39,535 nt of DNA from assembly GCA_035292425.1 (NCBI GenBank), contig DATDQD010000066.1:1-39535 (forward strand), given 5' to 3'. This DNA is from Bacteroidota bacterium. Lineage in GTDB: Bacteria; Bacteroidota; Ignavibacteria; UBA10030; SZUA-254. The position numbers and the translations under genes are program-made. Shown here piece after piece: positions 18,525 to 27,425 of this stretch (within the stretch, counting starts at the first letter, position 1; each line of letters starts with the position of its first letter). The notes below the pieces were generated by a model. That model had not been told where the DNA came from, did not search any database, and saw only the letters and a list, made by a program, of their open reading frames with translations.

Positions 18525-18758
18525 TTAATTCTTCTTTTTCCCTTTTTGTAAACCCACGAAAACGTACGTCAGGACGGATGCCAACGTCGTGAATATCGGT
18601 ATGGCTACGATACTGATGCCGACGGACGCGCCCGGCATGTCTCGGAGTTCAATGGATAATGAAATGAGATTGATGATCCAGAGGGTAATGACGATCACGA
18701 AGAGCCATATCAGCGAGACACTGACGATCTGCGCTATGAAGATGATTTTATTCAGCAT
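18525..18758 (-). CDS. Small two-TM membrane protein (hypothetical)
   Basis: 77 aa, two hydrophobic helices, Lys-rich tail. Visibly more AT-rich than its neighbours. First ORF after a 247-nt gap. Confidence 0.45.
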   Translation of the reverse strand: MLNKIIFIAQIVSVSLIWLFVIVITLWIINLISLSIELRDMPGASVGISIVAIPIFTTLASVLTYVFVGLQKGKKKN

Positions 18759-19005
18759 ATGACTCTCTCGATCATCCTTTGTCGTCGTGGGGCTGTCTTG
18801 AGAGGAACTGAAATCTGAGCTTCAAAATTGATACCAACTTTCTTCATCCCGGGGAGCTCCCCCGGAGTTCAGAATACGGCCCTTATCGGATATTTTATCG
18901 CTCCGCGATGTTGGTGGAAGGCGACATTGTCAATTTTGAAATCCGTCCTCGGGTAAATTCTCATATTTAAGAATCAACCTGCCGGTGGCCCCCCGGGGGT
19001 TCCCC

Positions 19006-20505
19006 TCAGGTTTTATCGTACAGGACATCCTTCTTATCGGGGGGATGTTTTTCGAGCCGCTTTACGTAGACATAGACCAAAACAGAAAGCGCCGTCATGA
19101 TGAATGTTGCTATCGCCAGGCCCCAGCGCCTGAAATAATATTCCTCGATCGCGATCCGGGCTTCGGTTGTGACCACCGCGGTCACGACGACTCCGTTGTC
19201 GATCACTTCCCGGAATTTCCCGATGTCGAACGAGTGAACCATCGTGCGCGACTCCAGCCTTGCCTGGCGGGCGTCGCGCAATTTAAACTTGGCGTCGGTG
19301 ATTTCCATCCCTTTTTGTTCCGCTTCATTGACGAGCGCCGTCGCACCCTTTTCCGCCTGCTCGAGGCTGTCCGCGAGCGTGCGCATCGTCGACGCCACCT
19401 GATAGGCCTTCGATTCCGGTTCGCCCCCGTGGCACCAGCTGCAGACCGCCTCTTCGGAAACGCCCAGGAGCTTTTCCGAGGCGGCGAGAATTTCGTGGTT
19501 GCCATGGCACGTTTCGCATTCCGGCATGTTCGCGCTGTCGAAGGCTTTCTTGTGCGGGCTGGTTGCAAAGAGCTCGGCGTTGAGGGCGTGGCACGTGCCG
19601 CAGACATGGGACACGGATTCCACGCCCGGGGGAGCCGCAGCGTGATTTCCATGGCAGTCGTTGCAGGCCGGGGCGCCGATATCGCTTTTTTCGAGGAGGG
19701 CGACGCCATGGACGCTCTTGGAATACTCATCGAGCTGGTCCGATGCGATCCCGTATCCCTTCATGTAGCGGGCGTCGGCGTGACAGGTCCCGCATGTCGC
19801 GGGAATGTTCCACGGATAGACGCGGGATTTGACGTCCTTCGCCGACCGGATCTCGTGGCCCCCGTGGCAGCTGGCGCACTCCGCGACCTTCCGATCTCCC
19901 TTCGCGTTCCGTTTCCCGTGAACGCTGGTCCGGTATTTCTCGACCTGATCCACCGGCAATGCGGGATTATAGGTGCGCATGTACGACGGGTTGGAATGAC
20001 ACTTCCCGCACGTTTTCGTCACGTTCAACGGATACACCGGTGAACTGACATTGTCCACGGGGACCACCCCGTGAGCGTTGTGACAGGTCGCGCACTGTAC
20101 GATGCTTTCCTTGCCGCTGACCGATCCCTTTCCGTGCACGCTGGCGGCCAGCAGCTCCTGCTGATCCCACGGGAGATCGGATTTATATTTATTCACCATG
20201 ACCGCGGCGCTGGCGTGGCAGCCCGCGCACATGCGCGTCACGTCGTCTCCTTTCGGGACCCCCGCGAATCCCGCCGCGGGAGCCATCGCCTTCTCCATGT
20301 CGTCCGCGGTGCGATCGCCCCCGTGGCAGTCGGCGCACGAAACACCCTTCTCCCGATGGATGTCGTTCCTGAACAGTACGGCCGGCCCGTCGCCGAGGGT
20401 TTCATGGCACGTTAGGCACTGGTCCTGGGCGTTGCCGTCAGAGTGCGCTGAGCAGCAGATCGCGGCGAGAAAGAGGAGGCGAATAATCCGGAGATGACGT
20501 TTCAT
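19006..20505 (-). CDS. Undecaheme cytochrome c with C-terminal membrane anchor (third subunit of the Rieske/cyt b complex)
   Basis: ATG 20505 ([18 protein letters not shown]...) overlaps the cyt b TGA (ATGA). 11 CXXCH motifs. C-terminal [23 protein letters not shown]. The longer track ORF to 20901 runs into the cyt b gene. Confidence 0.85.
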   Translation of the reverse strand: MKRHLRIIRLLFLAAICCSAHSDGNAQDQCLTCHETLGDGPAVLFRNDIHREKGVSCADCHGGDRTADDMEKAMAPAAGFAGVPKGDDVTRMCAGCHASAAVMVNKYKSDLPWDQQELLAASVHGKGSVSGKESIVQCATCHNAHGVVPVDNVSSPVYPLNVTKTCGKCHSNPSYMRTYNPALPVDQVEKYRTSVHGKRNAKGDRKVAECASCHGGHEIRSAKDVKSRVYPWNIPATCGTCHADARYMKGYGIASDQLDEYSKSVHGVALLEKSDIGAPACNDCHGNHAAAPPGVESVSHVCGTCHALNAELFATSPHKKAFDSANMPECETCHGNHEILAASEKLLGVSEEAVCSWCHGGEPESKAYQVASTMRTLADSLEQAEKGATALVNEAEQKGMEITDAKFKLRDARQARLESRTMVHSFDIGKFREVIDNGVVVTAVVTTEARIAIEEYYFRRWGLAIATFIMTALSVLVYVYVKRLEKHPPDKKDVLYDKT

Positions 20506-21581
20506 GAGAGCCATCCGAGAATAGTCAGGACGATGATGTACATGACGGCGACTATACCGATATAATTGATCAGTCGGTTTTTCTCTCTGCGGGAACTTTT
20601 TCTGTCCCAGAAAGGAACGATCGTCCACAGGAATCCGGCGAGCCCGAACATGAGGATGCCCAGGACTTCGCCGTCGATGATGACCACCTTCGCCGGGATG
20701 TATTTCAGCGTTTGAAACATGAACATGAAATACCACTCCGGCTTGATGCCGGCCGGGGCGGGGGCGAAGGCGTCGGCTTTCTGTCCCAGCTCCCACGGGA
20801 AGAAGACGGCGAGGATCGCGAGAAGATTCAGCACGATCAGCCACAGGAGCAGGTCCCGCAGCAGAAAATTCGGAAAGAAGGGCATCGTTTTTCCAACCCA
20901 CTCCAGCTCGCCCTCGAGGGCCATGGGTTCGCTCATTCCCTGGCGTTGCACCAGAATGAGGTGGATTCCCAGGAGAACGGTGAAGATTCCCGGGAAAACG
21001 GCGACGTGGAAGCCGAACAGACGCGACAGCGTGGCGCCCGTGACGTCCTCGCCGCCCCGGAGAAAGATCATGATCGGCTTTCCGATGATCGGGACGACCC
21101 CGGCGATATCCGTACCCACTTTCGTCGCGAAGAAGGCGAGTTCATTCCACGGGAGCAGGTATCCGCTGAACCCGAATCCCAGCACGAGGAAAAACATCAG
21201 CATGCCGGTCAACCACGTCATCTCGCGGGGTTTCCGGTAGGCCTTGGTGAAGAAGACGCTGAACATGTGGATCATGGCGGCCAGGACGAAGAGGTTCGCC
21301 GCCCAGCTGTGTACCGACCGGATGAGCCAGCCGAACATCACCTTCGACATGATGAATTTAATGCTTTCGAAGGCGAGTTCTTCGCTGCCCTTATAGTAGA
21401 GCAGAAGGAGTATTCCCGTGACGACCTGGATGATGAACAGGAACAGCGATACCCCCCCGAAGTAGTACCAGACGGAGTGGCTGTGCACCGGCACGTACTT
21501 CTTGCCGAGGAACCCGACGAGGTCCTCCAGGTGGACCCTGTCATTCACCCAGTAGTACAATCGTTTGAGCTTCTTGTTCAT
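20502..21581 (-). CDS. Cytochrome b (b6-like N-terminal part fused to a subunit-IV-like part)
   Basis: His pairs H-x13-H ([16 protein letters not shown]) and H-x14-H ([17 protein letters not shown]). PEWY Qo motif (IKPEWYF). 359 aa. Confidence 0.9.
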   Translation of the reverse strand: MNKKLKRLYYWVNDRVHLEDLVGFLGKKYVPVHSHSVWYYFGGVSLFLFIIQVVTGILLLLYYKGSEELAFESIKFIMSKVMFGWLIRSVHSWAANLFVLAAMIHMFSVFFTKAYRKPREMTWLTGMLMFFLVLGFGFSGYLLPWNELAFFATKVGTDIAGVVPIIGKPIMIFLRGGEDVTGATLSRLFGFHVAVFPGIFTVLLGIHLILVQRQGMSEPMALEGELEWVGKTMPFFPNFLLRDLLLWLIVLNLLAILAVFFPWELGQKADAFAPAPAGIKPEWYFMFMFQTLKYIPAKVVIIDGEVLGILMFGLAGFLWTIVPFWDRKSSRREKNRLINYIGIVAVMYIIVLTILGWLS

Positions 21582-22036
21582 GCCTTTTTCGATATTAAGA
21601 CCTCCTCACCCTGCACGATCACGCGGAATTCGTCGAGCGGTCTGGGCGGCGGACCGGCGATGTTGCGGCCCGTCAGATCGTAGGTACCGTTATGACAGGC
21701 GCACCAGATCGTTCCTTTTTCACGGCGATACTGAACGGTGCAGTCCAGATGGGTGCAGACCGCCGAGAACGCCCTGAATTCCCCCTCCTGTGTGCGAACC
21801 AGCAGCACTGGTTTCGTTCCGAACTTGATGATCTGACCGCTGTCTCGGTCAAACTCATCCACCTTCCCCGCTTTTACTGTGGATACCTCGACCTCTCCCG
21901 ATTTAGGCGGCTTCAGATACGCAACGATGGGATACAGGACCGAACCGGTGAGCGCGGCCAGGCTGCTCCCCAACATGACCTTAAGGAAATCCCTTTTACC
22001 CGGATTCCGAACTTTATTCTGTTCACTCACTGTCAT
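21578..22036 (-). CDS. Rieske [2Fe-2S] subunit
   Basis: Tat-like leader (GKRDFLK) and the cluster boxes CTHLDC and CACHNG. ATGA overlap with the cyt b start. Confidence 0.9.
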   Translation of the reverse strand: MTVSEQNKVRNPGKRDFLKVMLGSSLAALTGSVLYPIVAYLKPPKSGEVEVSTVKAGKVDEFDRDSGQIIKFGTKPVLLVRTQEGEFRAFSAVCTHLDCTVQYRREKGTIWCACHNGTYDLTGRNIAGPPPRPLDEFRVIVQGEEVLISKKA

Positions 22037-22102
22037 TCGAAATAATCCTGTAATCGAATTGAAAATATTTTCTTGAATGCCGAAACGCCAGGGCTGGAAT
22101 TG

Positions 22103-23329
22103 TCATCCCCGGTCAATCGCGACCGCGGATCCGCCATCCGGCGCAGTTTCTCTCCAGGGTGGGAATATCTTAAAAAGGATCGACAAAATCACGAAAGGAA
22201 GCACCAGCAGGAGGAGGGTCATCAATAAACCTTCGAGGCCCGTAATATCCATCTTGTAGGTCGTCAAACCCCGGAAACTCTTCGAAAACATCTGCCCTCC
22301 GATGACCACATTCCACCTGGTGGCAAAGATGCCGAGTTGAATGAGAATCACCGAAACGAAATACAATAATTTTCTCAGTTCATCCTCGAACCTGAATAAT
22401 TTTATGCTGATCATGATCCCGAGCGGCAGCAGCATGCCGAGAAGAACCTGAATGATCCCCAGACTGATAAAGAGTTTGTTCATCACGAGTTCCGATAATA
22501 TTTTTATGGACTCCTCGCTCTCGTACAACCGGTGGATAAAATCAAGAAGTTCAAGGGAGAAATCCACGATGACTGCATAAAACAGAAACGATGCCATCCG
22601 GTCGAGGCATTTCATGTCGATTTTTTCATTCCTGAACGGGAGGATGATCATATAGAGTGTAATGACCAGGGCGATCCCCGAGACGATCGCGGAAAAAAGG
22701 AACACAATCGGCATCAGAACGCTGCTCCACCATGGGTTCGCCTTGATCGATCCGAAAATGAATCCCACATACCCGTGAAGAAGGAACGCCGAAGGAATGC
22801 CGATGATCGTGATCGCCTTGACGACTTTCCTGTCGAAGTTGACCGCCCTCTCGCTGATATCGGTCGAAAAGAGCGCCGTGGCCCGGTGAATCCATTTCAT
22901 GGGAAATTTCTCTGATGCCGACCAGACGATCAGGTCCCTCCGGTAGGTGAACCAGAGTTCGAGGAGCAGGACCACCATCAAATACCACGCATAGACGAAT
23001 CCGAACATCGCCATGGCGGAGCTGAAGTTCGGGTTGAGGAATATTTCATAGGACCGGAAGGGATGACCCAGGTGAAAAAGAAGCGGAAGGGGGGCGATGA
23101 GAAGGAAGGCCAGAGCGGTCAGCAACGAGAGTTTATAGACCGACTGCAGTTCCTTCACGTTGAATACCTTGACGAGAGACGCAAGGATGAAGGCCCCGGC
23201 GACAAGCCCGGTGAGATAGGGATAGACCACGATCAGAATCGACCAGTGTACTTCAATCTCATTCGGATAAATATACCCGCTGACCTGACTGAGTAATTCC
23301 ACAAGTTTGTCCGGGATTGGATTGATCAT
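22103..23329 (-). CDS. NrfD-family polytopic membrane quinone-interacting subunit
   Basis: 408 aa and highly hydrophobic (about 10 TM). Start overlaps the FeS gene stop (ATGA). Noticeably lower G+C than the flanks. Confidence 0.82.
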   Translation of the reverse strand: MINPIPDKLVELLSQVSGYIYPNEIEVHWSILIVVYPYLTGLVAGAFILASLVKVFNVKELQSVYKLSLLTALAFLLIAPLPLLFHLGHPFRSYEIFLNPNFSSAMAMFGFVYAWYLMVVLLLELWFTYRRDLIVWSASEKFPMKWIHRATALFSTDISERAVNFDRKVVKAITIIGIPSAFLLHGYVGFIFGSIKANPWWSSVLMPIVFLFSAIVSGIALVITLYMIILPFRNEKIDMKCLDRMASFLFYAVIVDFSLELLDFIHRLYESEESIKILSELVMNKLFISLGIIQVLLGMLLPLGIMISIKLFRFEDELRKLLYFVSVILIQLGIFATRWNVVIGGQMFSKSFRGLTTYKMDITGLEGLLMTLLLLVLPFVILSILFKIFPPWRETAPDGGSAVAIDRG

Positions 23330-24069
23330 CGCACTTCTCCATCAAGTTCTGAGTAGGAGACTTTTGGCTCGGTGTTGAGTGACGGTTTCAACACGTGCAA
23401 TTTATTCATCCGCTTGAACCTGGCAAGCGGGCTTGCCTTGCTCCGGACATCGCCGAATATCCTGGCCTGTGTCGGGCAGACTTCCACGCAGGCCGGCAGC
23501 ATCTCCCTGGTGAGGCGGTGATAACAGAACGTGCATTTATCGGCAGTCATTGTCTCCGGGTGTATGTAGCGTGCCCCGAAGGGACAGGCCTGGATACAAT
23601 ACCGGCATCCGATGCACCTCTCGCTGTCGACCAGGATGACCCCGTCTTCCGTCATGAAGGTCGCCCCCACGGGGCACACCTGTACGCAGGGAGGATTATC
23701 GCACTGATTGCATAATTTCGGGACAAAAAAGCTCCTCATGATCTCCTTTTCATTGATTACATCCCGCGACCCTGCCAGCCTTTCGTCGATGTTCTGTACG
23801 GCGGCTTCGCCGTCCTTCCGGATAATGTAGCGTTCCACCCAGGTACGGAAGAAGAACGGTTCCCGGGGAACGTTGTTTTCGCTCTTGCAGGCCTCGACGC
23901 AGCTTCCGCACCCGATACACTTGTCTATCTGAATTCCCATCCCGTAGTAGTGGAGAGACGGATCGTATCCCTCAGGTGTTTTCGCCCTGGCTTTTTTCCA
24001 CATGCCCGCCAGAAGACCGGTGGAGACAAGAACAGTTGTGGCCTTCCTAAAAAATTTTCTGCGCATCAT
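23326..24069 (-). CDS. Tat-exported 4x[Fe-S] ferredoxin subunit (NrfC/HmcB/DsrO-like)
   Basis: Leader MMRRKFFRKATTVLV. Cys groups CIGCGSCVEAC, CNQCDNPPC..C, CIGCRYCIQAC, CTFCYHR...CVEVC. Confidence 0.9.
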   Translation of the reverse strand: MMRRKFFRKATTVLVSTGLLAGMWKKARAKTPEGYDPSLHYYGMGIQIDKCIGCGSCVEACKSENNVPREPFFFRTWVERYIIRKDGEAAVQNIDERLAGSRDVINEKEIMRSFFVPKLCNQCDNPPCVQVCPVGATFMTEDGVILVDSERCIGCRYCIQACPFGARYIHPETMTADKCTFCYHRLTREMLPACVEVCPTQARIFGDVRSKASPLARFKRMNKLHVLKPSLNTEPKVSYSELDGEVR

Positions 24070-24070
24070 G

Positions 24071-24865
24071 TCAGTCGAGCTCCGGCATATGAGGATAATG
24101 ACATTGCCAGCAAACGTATTTTTCGTTGTGTGTCTTGAGATCTATCTTCGGCGCATCTTTGACTTTTGAATCATCCGAATGACACCCGCCGCAGAATTCC
24201 CTCCCCGCAGGAATCGTGGCATTTACCGCTCGCGGGGACGTTTTATGTCCCCGGGGAACAGTGTGGCACGTTGTACACGTGAGCATGACGTGCGGCGATA
24301 CGGCCTTCGTCCTCGCAATTTCTTCATGGCACGCCCGGCACTCCTCGGGCACATTGGGGGGTTTCGGGTCATGGGGGTTGTGGCAGCTGATGCACGGTTT
24401 CAGCGGATTGTGAATCGCCGGATTGATCTGGGGAAAACCGGTCGGCCGGGATGGATCGTAGATGTGGCAGTGCGCACAAAATTCTCTCTTCCTGGGCGCC
24501 TCCGGCTTCACGGCTCCGGGGTCCTCCGTATGCATCACCGACGGACCGTGGCAGGTTTCGCATGAGAGATTTTGATGGTACCCTTTTTTCTTCAGCTCGA
24601 ACTCTTCGTGGCAATCGGCGCAGATTGATGATCCGGCATAGCGAACGGGCTTTATCGTTTCTCTCTCCACCGTCGACGCGTAATGGATCGCACTATCCTT
24701 CATCGCCGGAGGAATCAGCATCCGGACGACGATCACTGCCCCGATGATGATGGCAAAGGCGACGATCAGCCTCCAGAGGGCGTCCGGGATCCAGGGCGGT
24801 TTGCTTTTCATGGGAGTTTGACGTTGGAAGTCGTTGGCATCGCTCATTAATCGTTGTAATGACAA
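24071..24865 (-). CDS. Membrane-anchored octaheme cytochrome c
   Basis: 8 CXXCH motifs (CADCH, CETCH, CAHCH, CISCH, CRACH, CTTCH, CGGCH, CWQCH). N-terminal TM ALWRLIVAFAIIIGAVIVV. The alternative ATG at 24847 would give a TAATG junction with the upstream gene. Confidence 0.85.
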   Translation of the reverse strand: MSLQRLMSDANDFQRQTPMKSKPPWIPDALWRLIVAFAIIIGAVIVVRMLIPPAMKDSAIHYASTVERETIKPVRYAGSSICADCHEEFELKKKGYHQNLSCETCHGPSVMHTEDPGAVKPEAPRKREFCAHCHIYDPSRPTGFPQINPAIHNPLKPCISCHNPHDPKPPNVPEECRACHEEIARTKAVSPHVMLTCTTCHTVPRGHKTSPRAVNATIPAGREFCGGCHSDDSKVKDAPKIDLKTHNEKYVCWQCHYPHMPELD

Positions 24866-26340
24866 TCACTGCAGTTCATCTCCATCCAGGCATTCCCGAT
24901 GTCGATCGGGTGCCGGTAGGAAATCCCCCCGAGGGAAATCCTGACGGTGTCGGCTACAAATTGCTGCGCCAGGATTGTGTGGCACAGGTTGCAATCCTTG
25001 GAGAGGACTTTCCCGTCTTCACTCCGATGTTTGCCGTCGTGACACCGGAAACACCCCGGGTAATAGAGGTGACCGATGTTATCGGTGAACCTTTTCCAGT
25101 CTGTCTTCATCTCGGGGAAATAATTGCGGGCGTAGAGCAACTGGACCTGCCCGACGGCACTGTCGAGCGCGGATTTCATCGTGGTCAAAACATCGGGATA
25201 ATGATTACGGTAATAATTCTCCATCGTGATCCGGATCGTGTCCAGCCCGCCCTGTTTCGTGGAATACTCCCCCTCCAGGGCCTCCACCGATATGGCCTTT
25301 ACCGACGGAAGGGCAGGATCGATCCAGCCCAGCGACATGATGTGATTCACCGAACGCGCCGGCGGATGGTAGATGTGCGTCGGTCGGTTATGGCAGTCGA
25401 TGCAGTCCATGCGGCGCGTGAATGCCGCCTCGAGCGAATCTTCCGGGACCTCGATTTCCGCGCTGCGGTAAATCACCTCGGCTCCGTCCGGTGTGCGCGA
25501 CCGGATCCACGGGATGATCTGGCGTTCCCGGTCAAGGGCCCTGTACGTGACCTCGTGCGCGATGTTCATGTGCCAGTGGATTCCGGAGGTCGGGCCCGCC
25601 TCGATATTTCCACCCCCGATTTTCATCAGCAGGTTGATGCTCCACCGGGAATTCCGCTCATCGGCGAGATAGTACGTGTTCACCTTCTGCTTCTCGCTGA
25701 AAAAATGCCTGGGCCAGTGACACTGCTCGCACGTTTCCTGCGCCGGCCGCAGGTTCTCGATGGGGGTGGGAATGGGCGTGGGATATTTATTGAATGCCAC
25801 CGCGTACATCTGGTAGCTTCCCGAGATTTTGGAACGGACGAACCAGTCGGCTCCCGACCCGATGTGGCACTTTACGCAGCCCACCTTCGCGTGCGGCGAG
25901 AACTGGTACGCGGTGTATTCCGGTTCCATCACATTGTGGCATGTTTCACCGCAGAACTGGTCTGAATCCGTATATTCATACGCCTTAAAACTGCCGAACG
26001 CCGAGAAGAGCAGGAGCAGGACGCCGCCGATCGACGTAAACACGAATGCCGCGCGGTGACGGGGATTGTTCAGGTCTATCTTGGGGAGGTGGAGGCCGTG
26101 CGGCTTGCCGATCCGCTCGCGGTAGTACTCCCGCACCAAACCAAAGATCATCACGGCGATCCCGAGGAGCAGGAACACCGGCAGGATGACAAACGTGATG
26201 ATGCCCATGTAGGGCTTTTGCTGCTCGGCCATCGTCTCTATCAGGATCAGGAAGAGGATCAGCCCGAAGCTGACGCCGGCGATCGCCGTGCCGAGAAGAG
26301 TGATGAGATTATAGAATGAAGGGGGAAATATGCGCTTCAT
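24847..26340 (-). CDS. ImcH-like inner-membrane multiheme cytochrome (3 TM plus NapC/NirT-like 7-heme domain)
   Basis: 497 aa. Three N-terminal TM helices. Six CXXCH motifs (CVKCH, CEQCH, CIDCH, CFRCH, CNLCH, CSDCH) plus one CX3CH (CGETCH). This matches what I recall of Geobacter ImcH (3 TM, 7 hemes, about 500 aa). Confidence 0.72.
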   Translation of the reverse strand: MKRIFPPSFYNLITLLGTAIAGVSFGLILFLILIETMAEQQKPYMGIITFVILPVFLLLGIAVMIFGLVREYYRERIGKPHGLHLPKIDLNNPRHRAAFVFTSIGGVLLLLFSAFGSFKAYEYTDSDQFCGETCHNVMEPEYTAYQFSPHAKVGCVKCHIGSGADWFVRSKISGSYQMYAVAFNKYPTPIPTPIENLRPAQETCEQCHWPRHFFSEKQKVNTYYLADERNSRWSINLLMKIGGGNIEAGPTSGIHWHMNIAHEVTYRALDRERQIIPWIRSRTPDGAEVIYRSAEIEVPEDSLEAAFTRRMDCIDCHNRPTHIYHPPARSVNHIMSLGWIDPALPSVKAISVEALEGEYSTKQGGLDTIRITMENYYRNHYPDVLTTMKSALDSAVGQVQLLYARNYFPEMKTDWKRFTDNIGHLYYPGCFRCHDGKHRSEDGKVLSKDCNLCHTILAQQFVADTVRISLGGISYRHPIDIGNAWMEMNCSDCHYND

Positions 26341-26456
26341 AGGCCGGAGTCGTCAAGAACAGGCGGTAATGTAATGATTGCCGCGCATAAAGGAAATAGC
26401 CCGGACGGAGCGGATGAGATGAAATATTCCGATTTTTCCGGATTCTTCTTCACGAC

Positions 26457-27425
26457 TCATCGATAGGCAAAGAGCATCGCGTAAATGATCCAGAGCACCA
26501 CGCTGAAGCCGATGGTCAGCGCCGTCCAGCCGAACGCCTTGACGGCCCGTGTGACGATCGGCTGGTAGGGTTCGACGAGGCGGGATTCGAGCCGGCCGCT
26601 TTTGACGAGTTCCTCGTATTCCGCCGGCTTGTCCAGCGCGAATTCGTCAACGTCCATACGCCCCGTGAAGATGACGATGTCCATCGGGAATTTTTCCGGG
26701 CGGAGATGGGTGTTGAAGAAGTGCACGGTGAAGATAAACCCCACGGCGAGCAGGGCCTCGTCGCTGTGGATGATGGTGGCCACGTTGAGCAGCGAGCCGG
26801 GCATGAAGTTGGTGAAGAGTTCCGGGAACCAGAGCATCAGGCCGGTCGAACCGATGACCGCCACGCCCCAGAAGACGGCGAAATAATCGAACTTCTCCCA
26901 GTAGGTCCACCGGCCGAACCGCGGGCGCGGTCCCCTGCCGACGAACCACTTCACAGAGCCGATGAAATCGGAAAGGTCCTTCCCGTTGAACATCATCGAG
27001 TCGGGGCTGAAGATCATCGACTTCCACGTCCGTCCATCCCGCTTCTTCATCCTCAGGACGTCGATGACATGGATGAAGAAAACGGCGAACATGATGACCG
27101 CGGCGAACCTGTGGAGGGATCCCGCGCTCTCGAACCCGCCGAGGAGGTGCGAGAGCAGAACCGCCCAGCCGGTGTATGAAAACTTGAGCGTCAGGCCGGT
27201 GAGCGCGAGCGTCAGAAAGCTGATGATGAGGAAAATGTGCAGTGCCCTGTTGAGCCTGCTGAAACGGAGGAATTGACGTTCTCCCGCGGGAGAGCTTTCC
27301 TCCGCAGGAAAGTACGATGACCCTGCCTCCGTGGCCGTCGGCGTGGAAGGGGACGGGGATGGGGACGGCGCCGGTGCGGAACCGCCGGAGGAGTCCTTCT
27401 GCGCACTGTCGTTCCGGTTATCCAT
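26457..27425 (-). CDS. Diheme cytochrome b, HydC/FdnI/PhsC-like (CbcB-like)
   Basis: ATG 27425 (MDNRND...) overlaps the upstream stop by 8 nt. Four to five TM helices with conserved His (RALHIF, SLHRFAAVIMFAVFFIH, IIHSDEA, TVHFF). Clearly paralogous to the C-terminal domain of 29433..31751. Confidence 0.8.
   Translation of the reverse strand: MDNRNDSAQKDSSGGSAPAPSPSPSPSTPTATEAGSSYFPAEESSPAGERQFLRFSRLNRALHIFLIISFLTLALTGLTLKFSYTGWAVLLSHLLGGFESAGSLHRFAAVIMFAVFFIHVIDVLRMKKRDGRTWKSMIFSPDSMMFNGKDLSDFIGSVKWFVGRGPRPRFGRWTYWEKFDYFAVFWGVAVIGSTGLMLWFPELFTNFMPGSLLNVATIIHSDEALLAVGFIFTVHFFNTHLRPEKFPMDIVIFTGRMDVDEFALDKPAEYEELVKSGRLESRLVEPYQPIVTRAVKAFGWTALTIGFSVVLWIIYAMLFAYR

Noticed and set aside
20506-20901. 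N-terminal extension of the undecaheme ORF (track ORF 19006..20901)
   Set aside because: The extension lies entirely inside the cytochrome b gene in another frame and is Arg/Pro/Gly-rich. An ATG at 20505 gives a signal-peptide-like start and an ATGA overlap with the cyt b stop.
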